Positions 8,960-17,517 of a stretch of 64,000 bases of DNA are shown piece after piece. Both the position numbers and the translations under genes were made by a program. Source of the DNA: an uncultured Holophagales bacterium (GTDB lineage: Bacteria > Acidobacteriota > Thermoanaerobaculia > Multivoradales > UBA5704); assembly GCA_963842525.1 (NCBI GenBank), contig CAWJGT010000009.1, forward strand, positions 1,440,001-1,504,000, given 5' to 3'. How positions within the stretch are numbered: position 1 is the first letter of the stretch; every line of letters starts with the position of its first letter. The notes under the pieces are model-generated. The model had not been told where the DNA came from and ran no database searches. It saw nothing but the letters and a program-made list of their open reading frames with translations.

Positions 8960-9325
8960 GCGGCGGGCATTGGTCCCGCGGTGGCGCGCAGCGGTCCCGC
9001 AGGACCGGCAGTGTCCGCCGCGGTACCATGGACGTTGCCCGCGGTGGCTGGCAGTGGTCCCGCGGGACCGGCAGTATTCGCTGCGGCACCATGGAGGTTC
9101 CCCGCGATGGTTGGCAGTGGTCCCACGGGACCGTCAGTGCTCGCCGCGGGACCATGGACGTTGGCCGCGGTGGCAGGCAGTGGTCCCGCAGGACCAGCAG
9201 TGTTCGCCGCGGCATCATGGGCATTCGCCGCGGTGGCAGGCAGTGGTCCCACGGGACCACCGGTGCTCGCCGCGGGACCATGGTCGTTGGCGGCGGTGAC
9301 GCGCAGTGGTCCCGCGGGCCGTGAT
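8960..9325. repeat. Degenerate 63-bp tandem repeat (about 5.5 units, 21-bp sub-periodicity)
   Basis: G(T/C)GGTCCC recurs at 8991, 9054, 9117, 9180, 9243 and 9306. Confidence 0.9.
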
Positions 9326-9338
9326 CTTGCGGCGGCTG

Positions 9339-9857
9339 TCAGTGGGTGGGATCGCCTGTCCGATGGTCTCCGATCTGCGCTTGCAGGAACTCGTGGACTG
9401 CGGCCCGGGCTTCCGGGCTCTCGGTCGTGATGCGGACCCGAGCCCCCTTCCCGATCTCCTCGTAGCGGTAACGGATCGCGTCCTTGAGGCGGATCATCTC
9501 CGGCACGCCGGGGAGGACGCGACTGTGGATCTCGGCCGGCATGGAGAAGTCGCCCTTGGCGAAGCTCTCGGCCATCTGGGCGAGGTGCTGCCGGATCTGC
9601 CCGAGGCTCGCCGCATCGGCCGCATTGCCCGCATCGGTGGCCTCGACCTGGATCACGCCGCCATCGGGCTCGACCAGGAAGTGGTGGGTCGTCCGCGTGT
9701 GCTCGAAGCCCATGACCTTGTCACCGCGTTGGTCGAGAGCCTGCGCCGCCTCGGCCTGGTGTTGAGCATGGAGCGGACAAGCCGGTTCCTGGGCGGCAAG
9801 GGCCGCCATCGGCAGGACGAGGGACATCAGGAAGACGGCGACAGACTTTTTCGTCAT
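9339..9857 (-). CDS. Secreted His-containing protein, putatively metal-binding, co-transcribed with MerR
   Basis: Signal peptide MTKKSVAVFLMSLVLPMAALA; CPLHAQH, RGDKVMGF..TTHHF, AAVHEFL.AQIGDH; TGATG overlap with merR. Confidence 0.75.
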   Translation of the reverse strand: MTKKSVAVFLMSLVLPMAALAAQEPACPLHAQHQAEAAQALDQRGDKVMGFEHTRTTHHFLVEPDGGVIQVEATDAGNAADAASLGQIRQHLAQMAESFAKGDFSMPAEIHSRVLPGVPEMIRLKDAIRYRYEEIGKGARVRITTESPEARAAVHEFLQAQIGDHRTGDPTH

Positions 9858-10342
9858 CACACTCTCTCCTTTCGAAGTTTCGGTCGATGCGGATTCTCCG
9901 GAAGCTCCGTTGCGCCGGCGGCCAGCGCGTCGAGCAACCCGGCGCGCCGGTCCGGCCCAGCCTCGGCGAGCCGCCGGTCCCAGTCCGCGAGCAGCACGCG
10001 CAACGCATCGCGCAGCACGGCGAGCTCGCGGAGCTGGTTCTCGACCGCGGCAAGCTTGTCGGTCCCGAGCTCCCGCACCTTGCGGCACGGCACGCCGCCG
10101 CGGTCGCGCTCGGCAAGGATGCGAGACAGCTCGTCCACCGTGAAGCCGGCCGCCAGCACGCGCCGGATCCAGAGGACACGCTCGACAGCTTTCGGGGGAT
10201 AGACGCGGTAGCCGTTGGACAGCCGCTCCGGGCGGGGGAGGAGGCCCTTGCGCTCATAGAAGCGAAGGGTGTCCTTGCTCACACCGATGCGGCGCGCGAG
10301 CTCGCCTGCCTTCAGGGGTTGGCCAGGGGTCTCGTCCGCCAT
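9857..10342 (-). CDS. MerR-family heavy-metal-type transcriptional regulator
   Basis: GELARRIGVSKDTLRFYERKGLL..ERLSNGYRVY; single Cys in GVPCRKV. Confidence 0.92.
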   Translation of the reverse strand: MADETPGQPLKAGELARRIGVSKDTLRFYERKGLLPRPERLSNGYRVYPPKAVERVLWIRRVLAAGFTVDELSRILAERDRGGVPCRKVRELGTDKLAAVENQLRELAVLRDALRVLLADWDRRLAEAGPDRRAGLLDALAAGATELPENPHRPKLRKERV

Positions 10343-10348
10343 GGAGAG

Positions 10349-10380
10349 AGGGTAAACCATGGAGCTGGTTCCAGGGTCAA
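10349..10380 (-). promoter_or_regulatory. MerR-type promoter/operator (ZntR-like, 20-bp spacer), probably leaderless
   Basis: Minus strand TTGACC-CTGGAACCAGCTCCATGGTT-TACCCT with an internal dyad; ATG follows the -10 box after 6 nt. Confidence 0.75.
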
Positions 10381-10391
10381 GAGGGGGGACG

Positions 10392-13300
10392 CTACTCGAA
10401 TTTCGCAGTATCATCCAACTGGGGCGAGGGGTTCGGCTCTCTTGTGTATCTGAGCAGTAGCGGGTGACCGGGAAACGCCTTGGCAGCCTCATCCCAGGCC
10501 GATGCAGTGCCCTCCTCGAGGAGGCTGCGCAAGAACTCGTCGATAGAGAGATCCGAGAAAGGTGAGACAGTTCTGTGGGCAGGCTCGGTCAGGAACCAGA
10601 GGGTCATGTTGCCTGCCAGGCTCTCTATCGATGGTGAGCCTAGGGCGCGACGGAGATCCTTGCGCCGTGGGACTGGATCGGTGACGGGAACTGGCCTGTT
10701 CTCCTCGGTTATCTCATAGCCTCCAAGAAATTCTGCGAGCCCTGCCAGTTTTTCAGCTTCCCGGGTGGAGAAGACGGGAACGGGCGCAGCCCATATGCCA
10801 TCGGCGGCGGCGACCCAGATGACCCGACCGTCAGAGCTGAAGAGAACATTCTTGAAGGTCGGGAAATCAAAGTTAGCAAGCACCTGTCCCGTGGCAAGGT
10901 CCCAGAGCTGCATTGGTGCGGCAAGAAGAACACGGCGGCCATCTGGACTAAAAAATCCGCCCTGGGAACCATCCACCTGGAACGGCTCAGCGATGGGCTT
11001 CACCGTCTCCATGTCCCAGGCGGTCAGGGCCGTGGTGGTCAGCGTTGACAAGTGGCGGAGCTTTGGATCGAATTCGACTTGGACGACGGAGGCCGGATGC
11101 AGCATCGCCCCGGCAACCTTCTTACCATTGGTACTATCCCAGATCATCACAGCACCTTCCGTAGTGCCGGTAGCAACCCAGAGTCCATCTGGACTCACGG
11201 ATATTGCTGGCGGATCCGGGTTGTATTGTCGCCGCTCGGAACCGAACCGAAGTGGAGGTCCCAGTGGCTTTCCGGTCCGAGTCTCCCAGATGCGGGCCGT
11301 ATCTTCCGACGCCGTCAAGAGACGCGTCCCATCGGAACTGAGCTGCATCCTCAAGATAGAAGGGGCGTGGTGGATTGTCACAGGAAGCGGTCGGCCGCTA
11401 ACAACCTCCCAGCTCTGTACCTGATCGTCGGTCGCAACGGCGAGGATGCCTCCTGTGCAAGCGAAGGCGCTTCCTTCCCGGTCGAGCGCTACAAGAGGTC
11501 CCTGGATGTCTCCTCGTCGGAGATCAAAGAAACCTACGCTTCTGCCGGATGTTGCTACAACAGTTTTGCCATCATTACAGAACGCAACCGGCCTCGCCGC
11601 TGTGGCGCTGTTTCCAAAGGCTGCTCTGAATTTGGGGAATGAGAATAGAAAGAGCCTCCTCTGGGGGCGGACGGGCTCGGCATCCCAGGTACGAATCGTA
11701 CCGTCCTCAGACACCGTCACGACACGTCGGCTCCTGCCAATGAATTTCGCTTGCTCCACTTCGTGCCATGGCTCGGCAATGGGTGTACCAGTGCGAGTAT
11801 CCCACAGAAGGACATTGCCATGGGAGCGCGCCAGCAGGAGCTGGCCATCGGCGCTCCATTCTGTGGATGTAGAAGAAAGCAGGGATGCGATCATCTCCAT
11901 GGCAAGAGAAGAACTACGGAACTGCGAGTTTAGGGGAGAGACTTTTAAATCTCTGAAGAGGAGACGAAAGCCGGCCGGGCTGAGCTGTGGCGGTGGAAAG
12001 GAAAAGTCAAGATCAGAGGCTTTTGCCGCGAAGTCGCCGCCTGGAGTCGGAAGCTGGAACTGCCCGCGACTGGTAGGAGCCCACCAGCCATGTTCCGGCT
12101 CCTCGCGGGTCGCCGTCTGCGTAGTGAGATCGAAGATCAGCGTGCTGTTATTCCCCAGCAACAGAATTCTGCGGCTGTCCGGGCTAAACCGAAGGACATG
12201 GGCCTCGGCGGCAATGCGCATGCCCTCACGTCGATCCCCGGCGGTTGAAACGAAGTACACGCGACGAGCTGCTGCAATCGAGAGCCACTGCTCGTCAGGG
12301 CTGAAGTCAGCCATCAGGGCTAAGTCCTCGGCTCGAAAGGACGGTTTTACCGGGCGACCCGTTCGAGCATCCAGAATACGCACCAAGTCGTTCCTGTAGG
12401 TTTCAGATGTAGCTACGGCAAGGAGGCGGCCTTGACCGCCAATCGCAAGGATTCGAGCTCGGGCGCCTAGAGTGATTTCGCTCCCCACCGCCCGAAGCGA
12501 CCAGGTTTCATATACGCGAGCTGTACCAAAGCGAGAGATCATTACAAAAAATCGCCCGTTCTCACTGAATTGTACAGTCCTGTCTTCATCGTTGTGCAGC
12601 AATGCAATGGGGAAGGGCCAGGTTCGCTGAAGGAGCTGAGTGGTGAGAAGGCTTTGAGCTTCCAGGCTCTCCGGATTTCGCCGCAGGGCTCGAGCCAGAT
12701 AGGCAAGTGCTTGGTCGGCTCGATCCTTTTGTAGTAGGATTCGCGCTTCCCTGAGGTCGGCATCTGCGAGGAAGTGCCGGTTCTCGCTCTGGGCTTGGAA
12801 ACCCCAGACGAGCAGCCCAGCAATGGCGAGAACAAGGACAGCTGCCGTCGCATAGCCCCACAGCGTGCGTTTCCGGCTCTTTTGAGCCACCGCCATTGAC
12901 CTTTCGATGAACCGCACGAGGATCGGGCGTAGCGAGGCATGATCGAGAGAAAGAAGGCGAGCGGCTTGGTCGAGCGCCTTGCCGGGAGGGATCAGCAGAC
13001 TGTCATCCTGTCCCTCCTGCGCCCACCGGGCTGCATTCTGATCCAGCCAAGCTCGGAATTTCAGGAACGCCCGGTCCTCTGCGAGCCAGGCGCGGGTCCG
13101 AGGCCAATGGGTGAGCAATGCCTCGTGAGTAATACCTACGAGCGGATTTCCATCGTCTGTGGAGCCGGTGACAAAGATCCGTGCTTCTACGAAGGCTTTG
13201 ACTAGCTTTCGCATTTCATTCGTGGTAAGTGACTCGAACGACACCTGCTGTGAGACCGGCGCGAACTCGGCCTCTGGCCGCACGGTGACCAGAAGGCGGA

Positions 13301-14942
13301 GAACGTAGAATAGTGCCGCCTGGACCTCGAGTGGCTGCTGGAGGAAAATCTCCTCCGCCCGGTTCCCGATTGCTCCTTCAAGCCCTCCGAGATTTTCATA
13401 GGCCGACAACGTTAGAAGTTGCTCGGGTGTTCGCCGTTGGTAGAGCTGTTCGAGCAAGAACTCCAACAGAGGCAGGCTTTCGGGCCGCCCTACCGCCGCA
13501 TCACGCAGGACATCATCTAGCCTCTCACCCTTGTCACGGCGGTCCTCGAATTTCAGGCCTGCGGCTTCGGCTGGACGGCGGATGATCTGGCCGATGCCAG
13601 CCGCATCCGGTGGTGGCAGATGATAGAGGCCAGAGCCGGCCATGAGATCGCGGAGCCCGGAGACCTCGTCACAATGAGCATAGAAGTCACTGCGCAGGGT
13701 CGCGATCACCCAGACCCGTCCACTTGAGACGAGGGAACTCAGCGCAATGACGAGTCCCCGGCGGGCCTCCGGCGTCACCTCGGCGAGAGTAAAGATCTCC
13801 TCCATCTGGTCAACGAACAAGGCGAGTTGCGCCTCCGGTTGTCGGTCCAGACGTTGTTTGCTCTGCTCCTTGGCCGCGGCCTGCGAGAGGGCTCCCTTGA
13901 CGAGGAGGTCGGCGGCAGACGGCTCCTCCTGCAGGCGACACGCGATCCCCGCGGCTGGCGTTCCGTCTGCCGCGAGCTCGGGCAACGCGCCGGGTTGGAG
14001 CAGAGAGGCGGCCAGCCCCTCGGAGAGGTTGCCGGACGACTGGTGGGGGACGAAGAGTGCGGTCCTCCAGAGGCCTACGCCCTCAATCACTCCTGGCTCG
14101 GTGAGCAGCGGGAGGACTCCGGCCCGTACCAGCGACGATTTGCCGCTGCCGCTTGCACCGAGGACGAGCACGAACGGGTTTCCTGCGACCGCCTGGGCAC
14201 GCCATGCGTCCAGGACGTGGCTGATCTCGCGCGTCCGCCCAAAGAACACAGCGGCGTGGGCACGCTCGAAAACTTCAAGCCCGCGGAAGGGAGAGTCGCC
14301 CGTCCAGGTCGGCTGGGAAACCCGCCGGTCTTCCAGGTCCGCCGGAGGGGCACGCCGATCGAGCAACCGCCGGAGGTGCACTTCCAGGACCGCTTCGAAT
14401 TCCACCGGGCTTGCGAAGGGGTGGAAGGCGGCGCGCAGGGAGCCGTCCTCGTTTTCGCACCAGCCCTCAAGAAAGTGATCGAGAGCCTTCTTCTGCGCAA
14501 GCCGCCGCTCCGCTGCTTCAGTGTCAGCGAGGCTCACCATGGCTTCTGTAGTTTTACGGTAGACGAGGAGGTCCGGGCGACCCTGGGTTAAGCGCCAAGC
14601 CTCTGCGGCGGTCTCAAGCTCGTATTGGGTGCCGGAGTCGTACCGGCTGCCGTCCGGGCGGGTGATGTTGGGCGGCAATCGAGTGCCGAGGCGCGCCCAC
14701 AGGATGCAGACGACGATGTCCGCCTCGGCCGGAGAGGGCAACTGCGACTGGAAGTCCTGCGTTGCACTGAGCGGCTCGTGCTCCCAGAAGATGCCGGCCA
14801 GATCCGCCCGTGGTGCGAATTCGTTCTTGAGCCGCTCGATGACCCGCTCCGCGAGCACGCGCTCCTCGGCCACGTCCCCGGGTGACGAGACGAAGATCTT
14901 CAGGATGGGTTGCCGCGGGTCGAATATCTGTTCGGAATCTAT
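10392..14942 (-). CDS. DUF4062/TIR-like domain - STAND (nSTAND1-type) NTPase - TM - WD40 protein (receptor 1)
   Basis: KIFVSSPGDVAEER upstream of the listed GTG (frame open to ATA 14942), SPFRGL, Walker A GASGSGKSS, Walker B LFVDQMEE, hydrophobic helix, WD40 repeats; start uncertain. Confidence 0.88.
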   Translation of the reverse strand: MDSEQIFDPRQPILKIFVSSPGDVAEERVLAERVIERLKNEFAPRADLAGIFWEHEPLSATQDFQSQLPSPAEADIVVCILWARLGTRLPPNITRPDGSRYDSGTQYELETAAEAWRLTQGRPDLLVYRKTTEAMVSLADTEAAERRLAQKKALDHFLEGWCENEDGSLRAAFHPFASPVEFEAVLEVHLRRLLDRRAPPADLEDRRVSQPTWTGDSPFRGLEVFERAHAAVFFGRTREISHVLDAWRAQAVAGNPFVLVLGASGSGKSSLVRAGVLPLLTEPGVIEGVGLWRTALFVPHQSSGNLSEGLAASLLQPGALPELAADGTPAAGIACRLQEEPSAADLLVKGALSQAAAKEQSKQRLDRQPEAQLALFVDQMEEIFTLAEVTPEARRGLVIALSSLVSSGRVWVIATLRSDFYAHCDEVSGLRDLMAGSGLYHLPPPDAAGIGQIIRRPAEAAGLKFEDRRDKGERLDDVLRDAAVGRPESLPLLEFLLEQLYQRRTPEQLLTLSAYENLGGLEGAIGNRAEEIFLQQPLEVQAALFYVLRLLVTVRPEAEFAPVSQQVSFESLTTNEMRKLVKAFVEARIFVTGSTDDGNPLVGITHEALLTHWPRTRAWLAEDRAFLKFRAWLDQNAARWAQEGQDDSLLIPPGKALDQAARLLSLDHASLRPILVRFIERSMAVAQKSRKRTLWGYATAAVLVLAIAGLLVWGFQAQSENRHFLADADLREARILLQKDRADQALAYLARALRRNPESLEAQSLLTTQLLQRTWPFPIALLHNDEDRTVQFSENGRFFVMISRFGTARVYETWSLRAVGSEITLGARARILAIGGQGRLLAVATSETYRNDLVRILDARTGRPVKPSFRAEDLALMADFSPDEQWLSIAAARRVYFVSTAGDRREGMRIAAEAHVLRFSPDSRRILLLGNNSTLIFDLTTQTATREEPEHGWWAPTSRGQFQLPTPGGDFAAKASDLDFSFPPPQLSPAGFRLLFRDLKVSPLNSQFRSSSLAMEMIASLLSSTSTEWSADGQLLLARSHGNVLLWDTRTGTPIAEPWHEVEQAKFIGRSRRVVTVSEDGTIRTWDAEPVRPQRRLFLFSFPKFRAAFGNSATAARPVAFCNDGKTVVATSGRSVGFFDLRRGDIQGPLVALDREGSAFACTGGILAVATDDQVQSWEVVSGRPLPVTIHHAPSILRMQLSSDGTRLLTASEDTARIWETRTGKPLGPPLRFGSERRQYNPDPPAISVSPDGLWVATGTTEGAVMIWDSTNGKKVAGAMLHPASVVQVEFDPKLRHLSTLTTTALTAWDMETVKPIAEPFQVDGSQGGFFSPDGRRVLLAAPMQLWDLATGQVLANFDFPTFKNVLFSSDGRVIWVAAADGIWAAPVPVFSTREAEKLAGLAEFLGGYEITEENRPVPVTDPVPRRKDLRRALGSPSIESLAGNMTLWFLTEPAHRTVSPFSDLSIDEFLRSLLEEGTASAWDEAAKAFPGHPLLLRYTREPNPSPQLDDTAKFE

Positions 14943-15003
14943 GGGCTGAGGCTACGCGGGAGTCGCTACGTCTGTCAATAGGCGGATGCGCACAGCGAGA
15001 CCT

Positions 15004-15609
15004 CTACCGCCGCCGCATGACCACAGCCTCCGCGTCGCTCCCTTCCATCGCACCGAACAGGCTCTGAAGAGCAACATAAAACTCCTTGCCATTGGCGCGG
15101 GACAGCACATCGAAGCGGCGTCGGTAGGTGAGGGAGCGCTTGGCTTCATCGAGCTCCACGGTCACGACAGCCGCGCCCAACGGGCTCTCGTGACGGAGGC
15201 TCCCGCGTGAGCGTCTCGGGCTTCCAGCCTTCCGGCCAGCGGAGGGTGAGCTCCACTTCGTCGCGATCGGGGAAGGGGAAGACGATCGGCAGAACGCGGC
15301 GGTCTGCCGGGACCTGGAAGGGCTGGGTCGCAGGCCCCAGGGGACATAGCGCTTCCCCTCCTCGGTGAGGATCTTGCGGCGCACCGTGACCGTGAAGGTG
15401 GGGCGATAGGCCCGGGTCACTGGGTCGACCATGGAGAAGTTGCCTTTCCGGAACAACACCACGGCCGGCGCATTGGGATGGCCCTCGACCTGTGTCAAGG
15501 ACCGCTCCTGATCGGTGATCGGTGGCAGCTCGGGCGGTGCTCCCGCGGCCTGGCCGGCGAGCAGGAGAAAGAGGGCAGCAAGAACAAGCGGTGCGCAGGT
15601 GGAGCCCAT
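15004..15609 (-). pseudogene. Internally deleted DUF3857/transglutaminase-type secreted protein
   Basis: Signal peptide, APAVVLFRKG, RRKILTEEGKRY N-terminal part joined to a C-terminal LTYRRRFDV..FYVALQSLFGAM part; central domain absent. Confidence 0.6.
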
Positions 15610-15638
15610 GAAGCCTCCTTCGTCGGGCACGGAAGATG

Positions 15639-15878
15639 TCTCAACGTCCTTCTGGAAAGTCCTGCGCAAGCCCTGGCCCCTCACCCCCGGCCCCTCTCCC
15701 ATCCGCCCTCCCGACCTCCGGGAGAGGGGAGCCCCCGCCCAAAAGCTTCCTGGGCAGTGCCTTTTCCCCCCTCTCCCGGGGGCTGGGGGGGCGGATGGGA
15801 GAGGGGGAGGCTAGGGGGGTGAGGGGCTCCCGGGGCCGCGATGCACTTTCCAGACACCCTCTCAACGTCCTTCTGGAA
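15639..15878. repeat. Palindromic REP/MITE-like element flanked by 19-bp direct repeats
   Basis: CCCCTCACCCCC..CCCTCTCCC...GGGAGAGGGG..GGGGGGTGAGGGG inverted arms; TCTCAACGTCCTTCTGGAA at 15639 and 15860. Confidence 0.8.
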
Positions 15879-15912
15879 TGATGAGAAATCTTATTTCATT
15901 TCTCCCGTCCTC

Positions 15913-17517
15913 CTAGGTTCCGTCGCCGAGCACCGGCTCGCCGATCAGGTGCTGGACGACCGGCCGCCCATCCCCCACATGGAATGCCCGCGCACGCTCC
16001 TCAATGTCCCGGTCCGCCACGGTGACCCTCTCGTGCTGCCGGAGGTGCTCGGCCCAGGAGCTCACCAGGAAGATCTCCGTGTATCGATCAGGTGCCGCCG
16101 CGTCGTTGAAGAGCCCCCATTGCAAGGCGCCGTCGCGCAGGCGGATGCGGCGGACCTCGCGCATGGCCGCTGCGAACTCGCGGGCGCGCTGCGGATCGAT
16201 CTGATACTCGACGGTGACCAGGACAGGACCGCGGTCCGGCTCGGGGTCGTGGTGGACGATGGGAGCGGGCCACTGGCGGGACGGAGCGAGGTTGAGGCCT
16301 TCTCCGGAGCGCAGGTGGACCTTCCAGGTGAGCACCAGGCCCACGATCATGCCGGCGGCCGAAATCCATAGAGCCTGCGAGACGCCGGTACGGTCGGCGA
16401 CCAGGCCCCAGAGAGTGCTGCCGCCGGCAAGGCCGCCGAAGAAGATCAGCATGTAGACCGAGAGCGCCCGGCCGCGCACCCAGGAGGGGACGAGGGTCTG
16501 GATCGCGACGTTGAGGCTGGAGAGCAGAGCTAGCCAGGCGCCGCCGGCGAGCAGGAGGGCGACGCAGACCACCCAGAAGAGTGGGACCCAGGCCAGCACC
16601 AGCGTGGCCGCCGCGAAGACCAGGGTGGCCACGGCCACAACGCCGTCCATGGAGCTGCCACGCCGCAGGTGGGGGAGGGCGAAGGCTCCGGCTACCGCTC
16701 CGATGCCCAGACAGCCGAGGAGGAGCCCGTATCCGGCCGGTCCCTGGCGGAGCACTTCACGCGCCACCACCGGCAGCAGGGCCCAGAGCGAGCTGGCGCA
16801 GAACACGAATGAGCTGCCCCGCACGATGACCGCGATCACCTCCGGGGCATGGCGGACATAGCGGAGCCCGGTGCGCATAGCCCCCAGGAAGCGCTCGCCG
16901 GGCAGGACCGACTCGCGCGCCGGCCGCCGCCAGAAGAAGAGGACCAGCAGGACTCCCAGAAAAGACGCAGCGTTCAGGAGGAATGTGACTGCCGGTCCGG
17001 TCGCGGCTACAAGGAGGCCGCCGAGAGCCGGGCCGGCCGCGCGGGCGATATTGAAGCCGACGCTCTGAACGGTGATGGCGGCGGGCAGGTCCTCGCGCGG
17101 CACGATCTCCGGGACGATCGCCTGCCAGGCCGGCCCGTTGAGCGCCGCGCCGAGACCGAGCAGGAACGTGAAGGTCAGGAGCCCCCAGGGAGTTACGGCT
17201 CCAAACAGCGTGACCAGCCCGAGCCCGGTTGCGCAGGCAAGCATCCAGCTCTGGGTGACGAGCAGCAGCCGGCGGCGGTCCAGCACGTCGGCCAGCGCCC
17301 CGGCTGGCAGAGACAGCAGGAACATCGGCAACGACGTGGCCGCCTGGACCAGGGCCACCAGGATGTTGGACGTCGCCAGGGAGGTCATCAGCCACGCGGC
17401 GCCGACGCTCTGGAGCCAGGTGCCGACATTCGACGCCAGATTGGCGGTCCATAGCGCCCGGAACAGCGGATGTTGTAGGGGGTGCCAGGGGGAGTGGGGG
17501 CGAGCGGGCTCGCTCAC
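15913..17517 (-). CDS. MFS transporter (MFS_3/DUF894 type with C-terminal soluble domain)
   Basis: LFRALWTANLASNVGTWLQ, PAGALADVLDRRRLL, about 12 TM helices, RRIRLRDGALQWG..WAEHLRQHER tail; GTGA overlap with receptor 2. Confidence 0.92.
   Translation of the reverse strand: MSEPARPHSPWHPLQHPLFRALWTANLASNVGTWLQSVGAAWLMTSLATSNILVALVQAATSLPMFLLSLPAGALADVLDRRRLLLVTQSWMLACATGLGLVTLFGAVTPWGLLTFTFLLGLGAALNGPAWQAIVPEIVPREDLPAAITVQSVGFNIARAAGPALGGLLVAATGPAVTFLLNAASFLGVLLVLFFWRRPARESVLPGERFLGAMRTGLRYVRHAPEVIAVIVRGSSFVFCASSLWALLPVVAREVLRQGPAGYGLLLGCLGIGAVAGAFALPHLRRGSSMDGVVAVATLVFAAATLVLAWVPLFWVVCVALLLAGGAWLALLSSLNVAIQTLVPSWVRGRALSVYMLIFFGGLAGGSTLWGLVADRTGVSQALWISAAGMIVGLVLTWKVHLRSGEGLNLAPSRQWPAPIVHHDPEPDRGPVLVTVEYQIDPQRAREFAAAMREVRRIRLRDGALQWGLFNDAAAPDRYTEIFLVSSWAEHLRQHERVTVADRDIEERARAFHVGDGRPVVQHLIGEPVLGDGT

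Noticed and set aside
8960-9325. CRISPR array
   Set aside because: Whole units repeat with no unique spacers, the repeats are degenerate and there are no cas genes
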